Shown: one piece after another, positions 13,648 to 25,564 of the stretch
Layout of the letters: each line of letters opens with the position of its first letter
How positions within the stretch are numbered: position 1 is the stretch's first letter
Origin: Haliotis cracherodii
Taxonomy: Eukaryota
Assembly (NCBI RefSeq): GCF_022045235.1
Contig: NW_027266330.1
Span: 36,642,001-36,706,000 of the forward strand
Length of the DNA stretch: 64,000 nucleotides
Direction: 5' to 3'
Position numbers and translations under genes: made by a program
The notes under the pieces: model-generated
What the model saw: the letters and a program-made list of their open reading frames with translations, nothing else
What the model was told of the DNA's origin: nothing
Databases searched by the model: none

Positions 13648-13706
13648 GTCCTTCGCCACGCTCAGTCTGCTGTACACTGCCATACTGCTCAAAGACATCA
13701 CCCGAG
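13648..13706 (-). other. Candidate 59-nt exon
   Basis: ttttcag| acceptor and GAC|gtaagt donor; two open frames (SGDVFEQYGSVQQTERGEG or RVMSLSSMAVYSRLSVAKD). Confidence 0.4.
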
Positions 13707-14212
13707 CTGAAAACTATATAATAAATAAGTCACCACGAGCAACGATTGACATGTGCCTTTTATGGTAGTGCTATTTTTAGTGGTCGCGGGAAAGCCCCCT
13801 TTAAGTAGGTCAAAGCATGTTGTGACGTCATGTCATTTGCATTGTTGTAAGCTGAACCGACAATTTTTGGCGCCTTATTAAGCATGATTCATTTACCTAC
13901 ATTTAATCAACTTAACTGTACGGAGTGACCTCGCCGAAAGCGACTTGTGGTGTGTGAAGCTCGTGTATATAGTCTAGTGGTTGCCATATTACTACTTACA
14001 TATAACATTTAACAGCGCGCATTACCATATTTACACCACATAATTTCGGATAATCATTATCCTTTGTTTACAAATACTGTGTTTCCTTCCCTCAGACAGA
14101 CAGACAGACAGATAGACAGATAGACATATATTTATTAAAGCTGCACTTGTAACAAAAGATTACAATCAATCACTTTGCGATTTATGGAAGGCACTAAAAC
14201 AATATAAATATA

Positions 14213-14342
14213 GTGAGTGAGTGAGTGAGGTTTAACGCCGCTTTTAGCAATATTCCAGCAACATCACGGCGGGGGACACCAGTAATGGGCTTCACACATT
14301 GTACCCATGTCGGGAATCGAACCCGGGTCTTCGGCGTGACGT
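14213..14342 (-). mobile_element. SINE family A, 5'-truncated
   Basis: (GAGT)n tail and body to ttcggcgtgacg. Confidence 0.85.
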
Positions 14343-14450
14343 GCAAAGGCTATAAATATAGGTATGTATATTATAAAGATGGATCGCTCCACGGACAGAA
14401 CATAAGACAATCGGTGCAATGAACTCACTATTTTATCCTAAATTTAATTA

Positions 14451-14779
14451 CGCCGCCGTGGTCTAGTGGTAGAGACTCCGCCCATAGAGCGCAAGGTCCG
14501 GGGGTTCGATTCCCGTCCGTGTCATACCAAAAGACGTTACTTGTTGTAACCATCCTGGGCCTCGGCATTAAGGGGATAAATCAAGAACTGGTCGGCTCGG
14601 AGTCAGTATATTGTGTCTGATTGAGATATTCATGTTAGACTGTGGCATGGTATCTCAGTGGGACCGCCATATTAGCACTATACATCGGACTAGTACAAGC
14701 AGCCACACAAACACACATGCATTCAAATCGCTATATAAGTGCAATAATCTTGAACGCAACGTTAAATCCCATTTCGCCT
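14451..14779 (+). mobile_element. tRNA-derived SINE family D (Meta/MESC-like core)
   Basis: A box tggtctagtgg, B box ggttcgattccc, gtcataccaaaagac...ggcattaagggg...actggtcggctcggagtcagtat resembles mollusc MetaSINEs (recalled); TSD cctaaattWaatta. Confidence 0.8.
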
Positions 14780-14859
14780 AAATTAAATTAACAAAATGGT
14801 ATCGATATTTAGGATTGAAACTGGCTGATCTAAATGAACAACTCTTCATTCATGCGGTG

Positions 14860-15141
14860 GGGGGCACGGGTGGCCCAGTCTTCTAAGGCGCCCCGATTCG
14901 CTGTGCAGAGTTGCGTCCCTTGGGCACGCCAGAAACTTATGATTGTGGGTTCGAATCCCGGTTCGTCCCGATTTTGTTTCTAGGTTTGTTAGCACCATAT
15001 CGGTGCTCGTGGGTTTCACCGAAGTAGTAAACGTCTAAGACCTGCATTACTTCGGGCTTTCCTCCCACATTAAGCTGACAGGCCGTGATATAACTGGAAT
15101 ACTGTTAAAAGCGGCGTTAAACCCCCCTCACTCACTCACTC
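14860..15141 (+). mobile_element. SINE family B (V-SINE-like), full length
   Basis: tRNA-like head, V-domain-like cgtgggtttc...ggctttcctcccac, shared tail. Confidence 0.85.
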
Positions 15142-15143
15142 TA

Positions 15144-15316
15144 TCTAACGGGATCGGAGGGTCAGGCGCGTTTACTTGGTTGATGCATTTCGTCGTGTCC
15201 CAAGTGATTGGATGGATGCTCAAGAAGTCAATCACTTGATTGGCTCTCCGAGACTCGACCACCGTCATATAGCTGGAATATTGCTGAGCGTGGCGTTAAA
15301 CAACAAACAAACAAAA
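15144..15316 (+). mobile_element. Family C retroposon, 5'-truncated
   Basis: ctaacgggatcgg...gctggaatattgctgagcgtggcgttaaacaacaaacaaac. Confidence 0.8.
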
Positions 15317-15385
15317 CATATTCCACTCGTGGGGTTCTTACTTTTTTAATGCATTTCACTGTTTTCGTAGTCATCGTATCATATA

Positions 15386-15557
15386 CAGTAAACTACGTTT
15401 ATAACGAACACGCCTACAACGAACTGACAGATATACAAACCATTTTTGGTCCCGTTCTTTCTCTGTATATATGCTGTATATGTGCTTATAACGAACTACG
15501 GTTATAACGAACTAAATGTTGCGGTCCCTTTGAGTTCCTTATAATCGTAGTTTACTG
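15386..15557. mobile_element. Tc1/mariner (pogo/Tigger-like) MITE
   Basis: TIRs cagtaaactacg.ttataa.gaac / gttc.ttataa.cgtagtttactg; TA on both flanks. Confidence 0.85.
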
Positions 15558-15949
15558 TATATCATAAAATTACATGGCATTACTTTATATTGCTAATATT
15601 ACACATGTTCTATAATACGTTGGCACAAACTGTTGGTATGTTATTTTACGCCGCAGTTAGCAATATTCCAGCTACACGATGGCGGTCCCGCTTCTGTTTC
15701 ATGTTAATTGCATTTAATATCGGCACACAGCTTGTTTCGAAAACTTGGATAATATTATAATAATGTATGTGGTATGGTATATATACTGAACAAACAATGT
15801 TAAGCGTCATTTATATTTTAGAACATATGTTTTTTGTAATGAAGACTGAGCGTATAATTGCATACAAACATCTGATGATCCCTAACTTGTTTTGTTCAGT
15901 ATACCCTTAAGCACCTGAGTCGAATATGGGGTACTGTGTGTGTCTACTG

Positions 15950-16118
15950 GAGTGAGTGAGTGAGTATGGTTTTACGCCGCTTTTAGCAATATTCCAGCAA
16001 TATCACGGCGGAGGACACCAGAAATGGGCTTCACATATTGTACCCTTGTCGGGAATCGAACCCGGGTCTTCTGCGTGACGATCGAACGCTTTAACCACTA
16101 AGCTACCCGACTGCCCCT
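15950..16118 (-). mobile_element. SINE family A, full length
   Basis: Complete head and tail; TSD tgtctactgga. Confidence 0.9.
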
Positions 16119-16171
16119 ATGTCTACTGGAAGATGTGTGTGTGTGTGTGTGATATGCCATGCCTCAGTTTG

Positions 16172-16234
16172 GTGAGGTGAGGTGAAATTGGGTTTAACGT
16201 CGCGTCCAAGATTATTGCACTTATGTAATTGCAC

Positions 16235-16271
<37 letters not shown>

Positions 16272-16522
16272 AGTGGCTGCTTGTACTAGTCCGGACTGAT
16301 GCCGATTTATAGTGCTAGCTCACTGAGATACCATGCCGCAGTTTAACATGAATACCCCACTCAGACACAGTATACTGACCCCGAGCCGACGAGTCCTTGT
16401 TTTATCCCCTTTATGCCAAGCGCAAGACAGGGTAACAATAAGTACCATATTTTACCGTCTTCTGGTATGACGCGGCCGGGGATCTCCGGGCAGACGCTCT
16501 ACCACTAGACCACGGAGACGGT
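16172..16522 (-). mobile_element. SINE family D nested in an older family D copy
   Basis: 14-bp TSD catgcctcagtttg on both sides. Confidence 0.85.
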
Positions 16523-16539
16523 CACATGCCTCAGTTTGA

Positions 16540-16546
16540 CATGAAT

Positions 16547-16588
<42 letters not shown>

Positions 16589-16770
16589 AAGACACAGTGT
16601 ATTGACGCCAACCCGACCAGTCGTATTTTCAACCCCTGATTGACGAGCGCAGGAAGGGTAACAACACGTACCGTATTTTAGCGTATTTTGGTATGACGCG
16701 GGCAGGGGGATCGAACTCCCCAAACTTCCGCTCTCCGGGCGGGCGCTCTACCACTACACCACTGAGGCCG
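16540..16770 (-). mobile_element. SINE family D host copy (5' part) containing a ~40-nt C run
   Basis: Continuation of the D consensus: acatgaatacccc...ggtatgacgcgg...ggggatcgaac. Confidence 0.75.
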
Positions 16771-16784
16771 ACTACACATCCGTC

Positions 16785-16892
16785 CTGGTCTCATTTCCTC
16801 AAGCATGGTAGCTGTACGACTGCGGTAAGTCGACGTTGGTGTACAGGACTTACGACAGTCACAGCGCTGTGATCGCTTTGTGAAACGAGACC
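16785..16892. mobile_element. Short degenerate MITE
   Basis: Imperfect TIRs ggtctcatttcctcaagc / gctttgtgaaacgagacc; related cgtttcacaa.gcgat ends at ~9343 and ~29203. Confidence 0.45.
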
Positions 16893-17029
16893 TTGGGTTT
16901 AACCTAGACGACGGAAACGTGGAGTCATCATGACGCATTCGTCGACAAAATATTAATAACAAAAATAGATCATGACTGAAACATCTTTATCTTCTGGGAC
17001 GTTTTGTAGGAATTAGTACTGACTCATAA

Positions 17030-17293
17030 GTCCTTTGAAGATCCGGGTTGGAATAGGTCTTCATCAACCCATGCTTGTTGTAAGAGGCGATTATGGGAGA
17101 CAAGTGAGGGGAGACTAACGGGATCGGGTGGTCAGGTTCGCCGACTTGGTTGATGCATATCATCGTATCCCAATTGCGTGAATCGATGCTCATGATATCA
17201 ATCACCGGATTGAGTGGGCCAGACTCGATTATTTACAGACCACCGTCATATAACTGGAAAACTGCTGCGTGCGGTGTTATACAACCAAAAAAA
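17030..17293 (+). mobile_element. Family C retroposon, full length with a small insertion
   Basis: gaagatccgggttggaataggtcttcatcaacccatgcttgttgtaagaggcga head and shared tail. Confidence 0.85.
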
Positions 17294-17675
17294 ATGATTC
17301 ATAAAGAAATATTGCATAAGATTTGATTCACTGGAAGTTTGATTAAGTTTATTTTGGATGAAAATCGCGTCCACTACACAGGATGTGAAATCATGAGCAC
17401 CCATGATGCGTATACACGTATCTCAAACTATTTGCTGTAAAGTTTTGTGAGACTAACACGTGAATAACCGCCCATGTACCTTCAGCACGTACGATTGTTG
17501 AGACCAAGGTTTACAAACCGTAAAATATGATGTAATAAGTTGTGTGAGAGAAAATAGTTTTGTTTAAAAATTAATCTTTTAAAACCGATTGCTGTTGCTG
17601 GAAATATCGTGGCATTTAACACTTGTGACGCTGACCTTTGCCTACGACACTCGACACTGAGAGGTGATTTGGGGG

Positions 17676-17707
<32 letters not shown>

Positions 17708-17893
17708 TGTGATGACTGTAGACGTGGTCTTTCTTCTCTGTTTGATGTGTGCGTCAGAGGACCCAACATGTCACGTGGTCGACGTCTCAGACTCTCATGT
17801 CGTCCCACATTAGTCACATCAAACGCATTGTAAAAACAAACAAATTGTGAGATTTTATCAGGAAATATCTTCAACTAATGAATACTTGATATA

Positions 17894-18054
17894 CAGTCAA
17901 ACACCGTTGAAGGGACTTACGTAAATACTTCTAGTTAACCCAGGTTCGGCACAACCGAAAGTTATGAATTATAAAGGAATTCGCAGGGACAATACTATTA
18001 CTCGAGACAGCCGTAAGTTTGACACATCAAAGTTGACACAACGGTGTCTGACTT
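17894..18054. mobile_element. Tc1/mariner-like MITE
   Basis: ta|cagtcaaacaccgttg ... caacggtgtctgact. Confidence 0.65.
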
Positions 18055-18548
18055 TTAAAATTCATATTTTGCTATTTAATCGTATCTTGTATACTTTTCA
18101 TATCATATTTTGTGTGTGTTATATTTTCCCCTTTCTTTTCAAATTCATTTATATTCAGTCATTCAATGTTGAATATTTGTTTATATTCGTTGTTACTGCG
18201 AGTCATTATTACGTCATGGAATGAACGTCGATCAAACAGAATTTCAAAGTTTGTCACACGCCAGGGCAGCATAGATATAAAACGACGGCGTAGATTGCGG
18301 TACCAAGGTGGGTGGGGCGTCAGAACTTGCAGTCACGCGTGTGACTCAGTGTGACATCACAGGGGACAGGGGTCGGAAGGTCCGGGGGACGGATGTCAAC
18401 TTTGTTACACAATGTATCAGGAGATGCGTGTGTTTCAGTAATCATAATAACGCAATACATATCGGCGGAAATTGGACCCTAGTGATATCACAGCATTACA
18501 AATAATAATAAGTATGATAATAATAAATGTAAGGTCCTGTTAGTTACT

Positions 18549-18701
18549 GAATGAGTACGTGTGAGTTTTTCGTCGCTTTTAGCAATATTCCAATAATATG
18601 ATTGATATCATGGCAGGAGACACCGGCAATGGGCTTCATACATTGTACGGATGTGGGGTTTGCGGCGTGCGGAGCGAACGCTGAACCAGGATACCCCACC
18701 G
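18549..18701 (-). mobile_element. SINE family A, degenerate
   Basis: cgcttttagcaatattcc...gggcttcatacattgtac. Confidence 0.65.
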
Positions 18702-18718
18702 AAATACCCCAGCAATAT

Positions 18719-18980
18719 GAGTGAGTGAGTGAGTTGGGTTTAACGCCGCTTTTAACAGTATTCCAGTTATTTGTCAGCTTAATGTGGGAGGAAATCCCGA
18801 AGTGATGCAGGTCTCAGACGTTTATCACTTCGGTGAAACCCACGAGCACGGGTATGGTGCTGACAAACCTAGAAACATAATCGGGGCGAACCGGGATCCG
18901 AACCCACAATCATAGGTTTCTGGCGTGCCCAAGGTCCGCAACTCTGCACAGCCTTAGACGACTGGGCCACCCGTGCCCCC
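18719..18980 (-). mobile_element. SINE family B (V-SINE-like)
   Basis: Reverse complement of the 14860 copy; ccagcaatatga on both flanks. Confidence 0.9.
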
Positions 18981-19072
18981 TCCAGCAATATGATGGCAGT
19001 CTGAAAATAATCGATTGTGGACGAAACGCACCAGTGATTGATGTTTTGTACATTCCCTTCTTACTCCCAGTG

Positions 19073-19329
19073 GGTGAGTGAGTGAGTGAGTGAGTGAGTG
19101 AGTGACGACACACTCAGCAATATTCCACCTGTATGACGGCTGTCTGTAAATAGTCGAGTCTGGACCAGACAATCAAGAGGTTGATATCATGAGCATCGAT
19201 CTACGCAATTTGGATCGATATCATAATTACATCAACCAAGTCGGCGAGCTTGACCATCCGATCCCGTTAGTCGCCTTTTACGGAGGCATGAGTTGCTGAA
19301 GATGTATTCTACTCTGGATCTTCAAGGGT
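19073..19329 (-). mobile_element. Family C retroposon, full length
   Basis: Minus-strand head acccttgaagatccagagtagaatacatcttcagcaactcatgcc...ggcgactaacggg. Confidence 0.85.
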
Positions 19330-20499
19330 AAAGGAACCATATATGGACATAAAGCAGGGAATTAATTTCCTTGTTACGTCGTCGGATATGAGTTGGATAC
19401 ATTTTAATATTTAAGTCTGTGTTATAAATAACTCACACACAATACAGGCCAACATTTACATAAAACGCGAGTTCTTTGTTCTCAGAGATCAACATGAATC
19501 ATTTCGCCGGCGGCGGAGTCACGTGGGCTGTCACATGACTTGACCTTTCACTGCCATACCTGTCCAGCGCCATCACCACATGTACACGTGGTGTAGCAGA
19601 TGACGTCACTTGGAAAAACAATGCTTTGTTCGTGTGGCATAAAATCATTTATCTGTAACGTGATATGTAAAAACTGATATTATATGCATCCTTTAACAAT
19701 TTAAATCCAATTATAGTCATGGAATATAATATTCTTTAGGTACTGATGAAATGAACTCTCGGAATCGGTAAAAAAAAGACTTTAAAAATAGATTTTAAAA
19801 ATAAGAACTATTGATGTATAATAGCATGCTTTGTGGAGGGAAACAAGGATGTTAAAATATACCTGTACTCATCTTCCATGTCTTACGGATAAGAAGAGAA
19901 ACCAATGGAGGGATGCTGGACTCGATATGTACAAAAATAGACTGGAATTAGATCGAAAAACATAAAAAATGAGCATCACCTGCTCCGCCAAGGAAAGGAA
20001 AGACATTTCAAGTATGTGTGCGTCACCAACTGAACGTTCAGTCTCTTTTTCCTCTGCATCGCATAAGGAAGATTTGCACACGACTCCTTTCAACGTCTTA
20101 TTTTAAATAACTGGTTTACGGATGTTTTTTTTTTCAACAACTGTAAGACCGCTGATCAAAACAATAACAAGATTATAATGAAGAAAAAACTGTCTGTATT
20201 GATCTCATGAAAGAACACGTCGGACGGGTGAAATAAAAAGATACATACAAATTATATGTTTTTTTGTATGAAAGGGCTACGGCACACTTACATTAATGTC
20301 ATCAAATAAATCGTTATTTCGTTAAGTCTTAAGGTTAAGTCGAAGTTGTCACTGTTCTTACCATTTTAAGTTTTTATAATTGGATAAATTATTTCAGGTG
20401 GGATCAAAGAACTAATGTTCTCAAAATCCAGGAAGGGGACACCGAGCTCATGTGTGTGTAGTGTTCAAGGTCATCAAGGTCGGGCAGTGTCCGACAGTA

Positions 20500-21003
20500 C
20501 TGTTTGTTTGAAGCTTAACGCCGCACTCAGCTATATCCCAGCTATATGACTGCGGCGATTAAATAATCGAGTCTGGGCCAGGCAAACCAGTGATAGATAT
20601 TGTGAGCAACACATAGCCGCCGCGGTATGTCTACATGTTACACCAAATCACGGAGCCTGACCACCGGATCCATTTGTTCGCTTCTACGACCAGCATAGGT
20701 TTGTTTAGACCGGTACGTCTACACATTACACCAAGTCACTGAGCCTGACCACCGAATCCATTTGTTCGCCTCTTACGACCAGCATAGGTTTGTTTAGACC
20801 GGTACGTCTACACGTTACACCAAGTCACTGAGCCTGACCATGGGATCCATTTGTTCGCTTCTTACGACCAGCATAGGTTTGTTTAGACCGATACGTCTAC
20901 ACGTTACACGAAGTCATGGAGCCTGACCACGGGATCCATTTGTTCGCTTCTTACGACCAGCATAGGTTTGTTTAGACCAATTCTAACCCGGAATCCCCGC
21001 GGG
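20500..21003 (-). mobile_element. Family C retroposon with a 4x internal ~89-bp tandem amplification
   Basis: gtctacac...gagcctgacca...cttacgaccagcataggtttgtttagacc repeats at ~20629, 20717, 20806, 20895. Confidence 0.85.
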
Positions 21004-23494
21004 GCACTGGACTATATTGATCCCAACAGCCCTTCGCCAATCGGGTTATGAGTAAGGAAAACAGCCTTCTATTATGTCCTTTATAATTTTCCAATTATTC
21101 GTATTACAGCGTATATCTACAATCTGTGTACTTTAATACGGGACGTCGACAGAAATGGACACCATTAATGCCCGGATGTAGGACTGATTTCGAGGAATAT
21201 GAAATTGTATTCGGAGCCAATTCGTCCAACAACGAGCTTTTGGCAGTCGATGTCGCCATTTATCTTCAGCCATTCTGACGGCAAGGATGAGGAGACCCGT
21301 ACTTATGTAAGCGAATATCCTGACGTGTGTATTTTAGGGCTCACCCCTGGCATTTCTGCTGGCAGTGTATACAGTTAATATCGAAACAAGGTGAACTCGG
21401 CGATTACCCCTTTTGTTTTTGTTGTAATGTTTAACATATCGAGTTTCTGAATCGTGCCGAGCCTTAAACCATGTCAGATAAAACACACTATCATTTTTTT
21501 TATTATTTTAATTGTTCACTAGCCTTGAACAGTAGTCAAATCTCATCATCTCCAACGTAAAGGGTTGATAATAATCTTTGAGCTATCAGTACATTCGGTC
21601 ATCACAAATATTCGATCAAAACACCCTGAAGAGCAATATAAATTAGTGGGAAGTTTAAAGCAGGTTCTTTGGAAATAAGGCGTTGAACAGTGTTTTAGTT
21701 CTGGAAGATATATTGGCGTGACGTCAATTTAATCAAGAGAAACGCCAAAAATCATGCGTTTACTATCTGAATGAAAACCAAGGGATAATGTGCTGATTAT
21801 AATCGGGTCGAGAAAGGGATTCGAACACACAGCTAACAGATCCCCGAAGCAGGGGCACAATTCTGCACATCGTTAGACTAATATCATTGGCCTCTCGTAT
21901 TGCTATTCGAAGAAAACATTAAGAGAAAAGCTTATCAAACATACGTCCATTTACGTCATTTTTATCTAATTTATGTCCAAGAAGAGGCAAAAACGTGCAA
22001 TCTAAATAAATCATAAGTACAGGTTTTTAATTTTTACAGTAACTAAAGAGAATCCTGATTTGTCCTGATGGGATTGTTCATGGTTTAAACTGAAGCCATC
22101 TTTGTGAGGTTGACAAAGGAAGAGCACGTGACAATTGTCACATGACAGTACGAACGCCCTGTGTTGGACTAGTGTCACGTGACAGCCAGATCTGCGCAGT
22201 GATATGACGTGTAAAGTAGAGCCGGCACAGAACAGAAGATATGAGATCAAGAAATAATGCGAGTTAATTCATAAGTGATTTGCTACCTTTGTATCGATTG
22301 TGACTGACTCATGGCTGAATCAGCGGCTATATCTGGCGGGCGAGCTATACATGATCAGCAGCCATTACGTACGTCATCATGATGTGTCTGACGTTACATC
22401 AGCTAGAGCAGTCACTTCAAGCTGTTTCCACACGTCTCCATACAATCCAGGGACTCATCGGGTTTACAAGGGAAACGACCGGGACCGATTAGCATTACTC
22501 TTAGCTCTGGTTCAACTGATTCAAAACCTAGTTTTGTCTGCTAATTTTAACCTTTTATGAATATCGATATGATTTAATGGGATATGGGTACCATAACGTG
22601 GAGCACAGCACACACCCCTCCCCGAAAACCACCTACCCCCACCCCCACCTCCCCACACAAACACCACCCCTGCATTAAACGCCATTTGTATGTCTCCAGT
22701 ATGTGAGTGAGTTGGGTTTAAAGCCGCTTTGAACAGTATTCCAGTTAAATTTAATCGCGGCGTCTCAGCTTATGTGGAAGAAAGCCTGGTCTTAGACGTG
22801 TACCTAGAAACTTCTGGTATGTCACGACGTGTTAGTATAAGAACGAAAAGGCCACTGGACACACTGGGGTTTAGTAACTCTGAATAACTCTGAGCTTAAC
22901 TGCCGTAAGACTGCGATTGTGGTGAACCCACATCATTTAAGACTTACGGGAGGGGTTTAACCTAATAATCGTTAAATGTCTGCGACCTGCGTCAGTTTGG
23001 GCGTTGCTGAACATCAAGCTGACACGCCTTGATATAACTGAAGTACGGAACAAGCATTGTTCACTGGCCACCCTGGGAAACAATGTTGGGTTTCTCCTTT
23101 CAAAGATAACATTTTACGATGTCTTGATGTAGTGACTCAAAAATATTATTTCACAAGAATCCCAGCCCTGCTTCACTCCTCCTTCCGTCCTCCCTACAAA
23201 CATATACATGGTTAACATGAAGCGGTTAACCTACAGCATAGTCAACCTATAGTTAGTTAACATATAGCATATATATATATATATATATATATATACGTAT
23301 ATTTCCTTAACTTTTGCAGTTCAAAGAGAGCGTAGGTTGCTGGTTGCTAGGATAAGTGGGGATCGTGTGGTAGAAATGGTTTGTTGTCCCAGTAATATTC
23401 ACATTGGCTCAATTAATGTACGCAACCCACGCTCTCCCCAAAAGTAACTCCAACCCGTCTTCTACCCTCAAGTAATCCCTCACACGCTCAATTC

Positions 23495-24415
23495 AACAAT
23501 AACCACAACCCACACCAAAGACAATAACCCCTCCTTCAGCTAACAATAACCATACAACCCACAAACCCCCGACAGTAAACACACACACTCTCAGCCAACA
23601 ATGACCACACTCACACACACACCCGACAGTAAACACACACACCCTCAGCCAACAATAACCACACCCACACCCACACACGACAGTTAACACACACACCCTC
23701 AGCCAACAATAACCACACCCACACACCCGACAGTAAACAAACACACCCTCAGCCAACAATAACCACACCCACACACACACCCGACAGTAAACACGCACAC
23801 CCTCAGCCAACAATAACCACACCCACACACACACACGACAGTAAACACACACACCCTCAGCCAACAATAACCACACCCACACACACACCCGACCATAAAC
23901 ACACACACCCTTAGCCAACAATAACCACACCCACACACACACACGACAGTAAACACACACACCCTCAGCCAACAATAACCACACCTACACACACACACGA
24001 CAGTAAACACACACACCCTCAGCCAACAATAACCACACCCCCACACACACACCCGACAGTAAACACACACACCCTCAGCCAACAATAACCACACCCACAC
24101 ACACACCCGACCATAAACACACACACCCTTAGCCAACAATAACCACACCCACACACACACACGACAGTAAACACACACACCCTCAGCCAACAATAACCAC
24201 ACCTACACACACACACGACAGTAAACACACACACCCTCAGCCAACAATAACCACACCCCCACACACACACCCGACAGTAAACACACACACCCTCAGCCAA
24301 CAATAACCACACCCACACACACACCCGACCATAAACACACACACCCTCAGCCAACAATAACCACACCCACCCACACCGACGAATTAACCACACCCACCCT
24401 CAGCCAACAATAACC
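23495..24415. repeat. ~60-bp CA-rich minisatellite
   Basis: agccaacaataaccacacccacacacacacgacagtaaacacacacaccctc repeated ~15x. Confidence 0.95.
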
Positions 24416-24419
24416 AACC

Positions 24420-24930
24420 CCATCCACACTCTCGACAATAGTCACTCCACCCACAATAACCGTCTCCCTCCTGAACCCCACCCGTCTTCCTCCTCACAAT
24501 AACCCCACTCGTCGTCCTCCTCACAATAACCCCACCAGTCATCATTCTCACAATAACCCCACTCGTCTTACTCCCCAGAATAACCCCACCAGTTTCCATC
24601 CTCACAATAACCCCACCCGTCTTCTTCCTCACAATAACCCCACTCGTCGTCATCCTTACAATAACCCCATCCACCCTTATCCCCTGAATAACCACACCCG
24701 TCTTCATCCTCACAATAACCCCATCCGCCCTCATCCCAAGAATAAACCCACCCATATTCATCCGCACCCGTCGTCATCCCCACAATAACCTCACCGGTCT
24801 TGATCCCCACTCCCCCTCATTTCCAATAACCCCATCCGCCATCATCTCACTCACAAACTCAAACCACCCTCATCCCCACAGTGATCCCACCTCCCTCAAC
24901 CCCAAAATAACACCACCCGCTCTCAACCTC
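24420..24930. repeat. 30-bp C-rich minisatellite
   Basis: ctcacaataaccccacYcgtc period; shares caataacc core with the preceding array. Confidence 0.9.
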
Positions 24931-25564
24931 ACCTCAACAATACCTCCTCACACTGCAGTGTATTGCCGCTGACTTGTCGCCTGCAATCCCCACCCCCGCA
25001 AGTTTGTGGTGTCTCCACCGGTGAATAGGTTACCTTGCGGTCTATTTCGAGCCCGGCCCCGCCAGGAATAACGGCATCCCCTACTTATACCTTGTTGCGG
25101 CCACTTGAGTCCAGGTAATGTGTGATAAGTGGCCTAACCAGTCAATGGGGCGATCAAAGTTCTCGATATGGCACGGGCTGACCAGAATGGCTACATCTGT
25201 CGAGGTGCTCTGTAATCCACTCTCGCGGACGAGGCGTGTGGCAGCGTCTTTCAGGTGACAATGTTGGAAGCTGTTACATCTTGGTAGGTTGACGTGTTTT
25301 TCGAGAGAATGCTCGTTCATCTATGGCAGTTCGTTCTCTGTGAACCTGGACTATGTCCCGAAATACCCACAGCCCTTATCCATCCAACGCTACACATCCA
25401 AGTTCGTTCTAGCAAGTCCTGGAACTGTGTGACACTACCCACAACAATCCAGCACACCCAGGACGACCCCGCCACCACAGCACAAATCACCGCACAACAG
25501 TACAATCCATCGAACCGTAGCACAATCCATGTTACCACAGTACAATAAAATATCTACCACATCT

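Noticed and set aside
16547-17707. Long C run (16547-16586) and G run (~17670-17707) as an inverted pair
   Set aside because: Homopolymer expansions in unrelated contexts; flanks are not complementary and lengths are unreliable
25081-25430. Possible DIRS-type RT remnant (FQHCHLKDAATRLV...)
   Set aside because: Resemblance too weak; no catalytic motif visible
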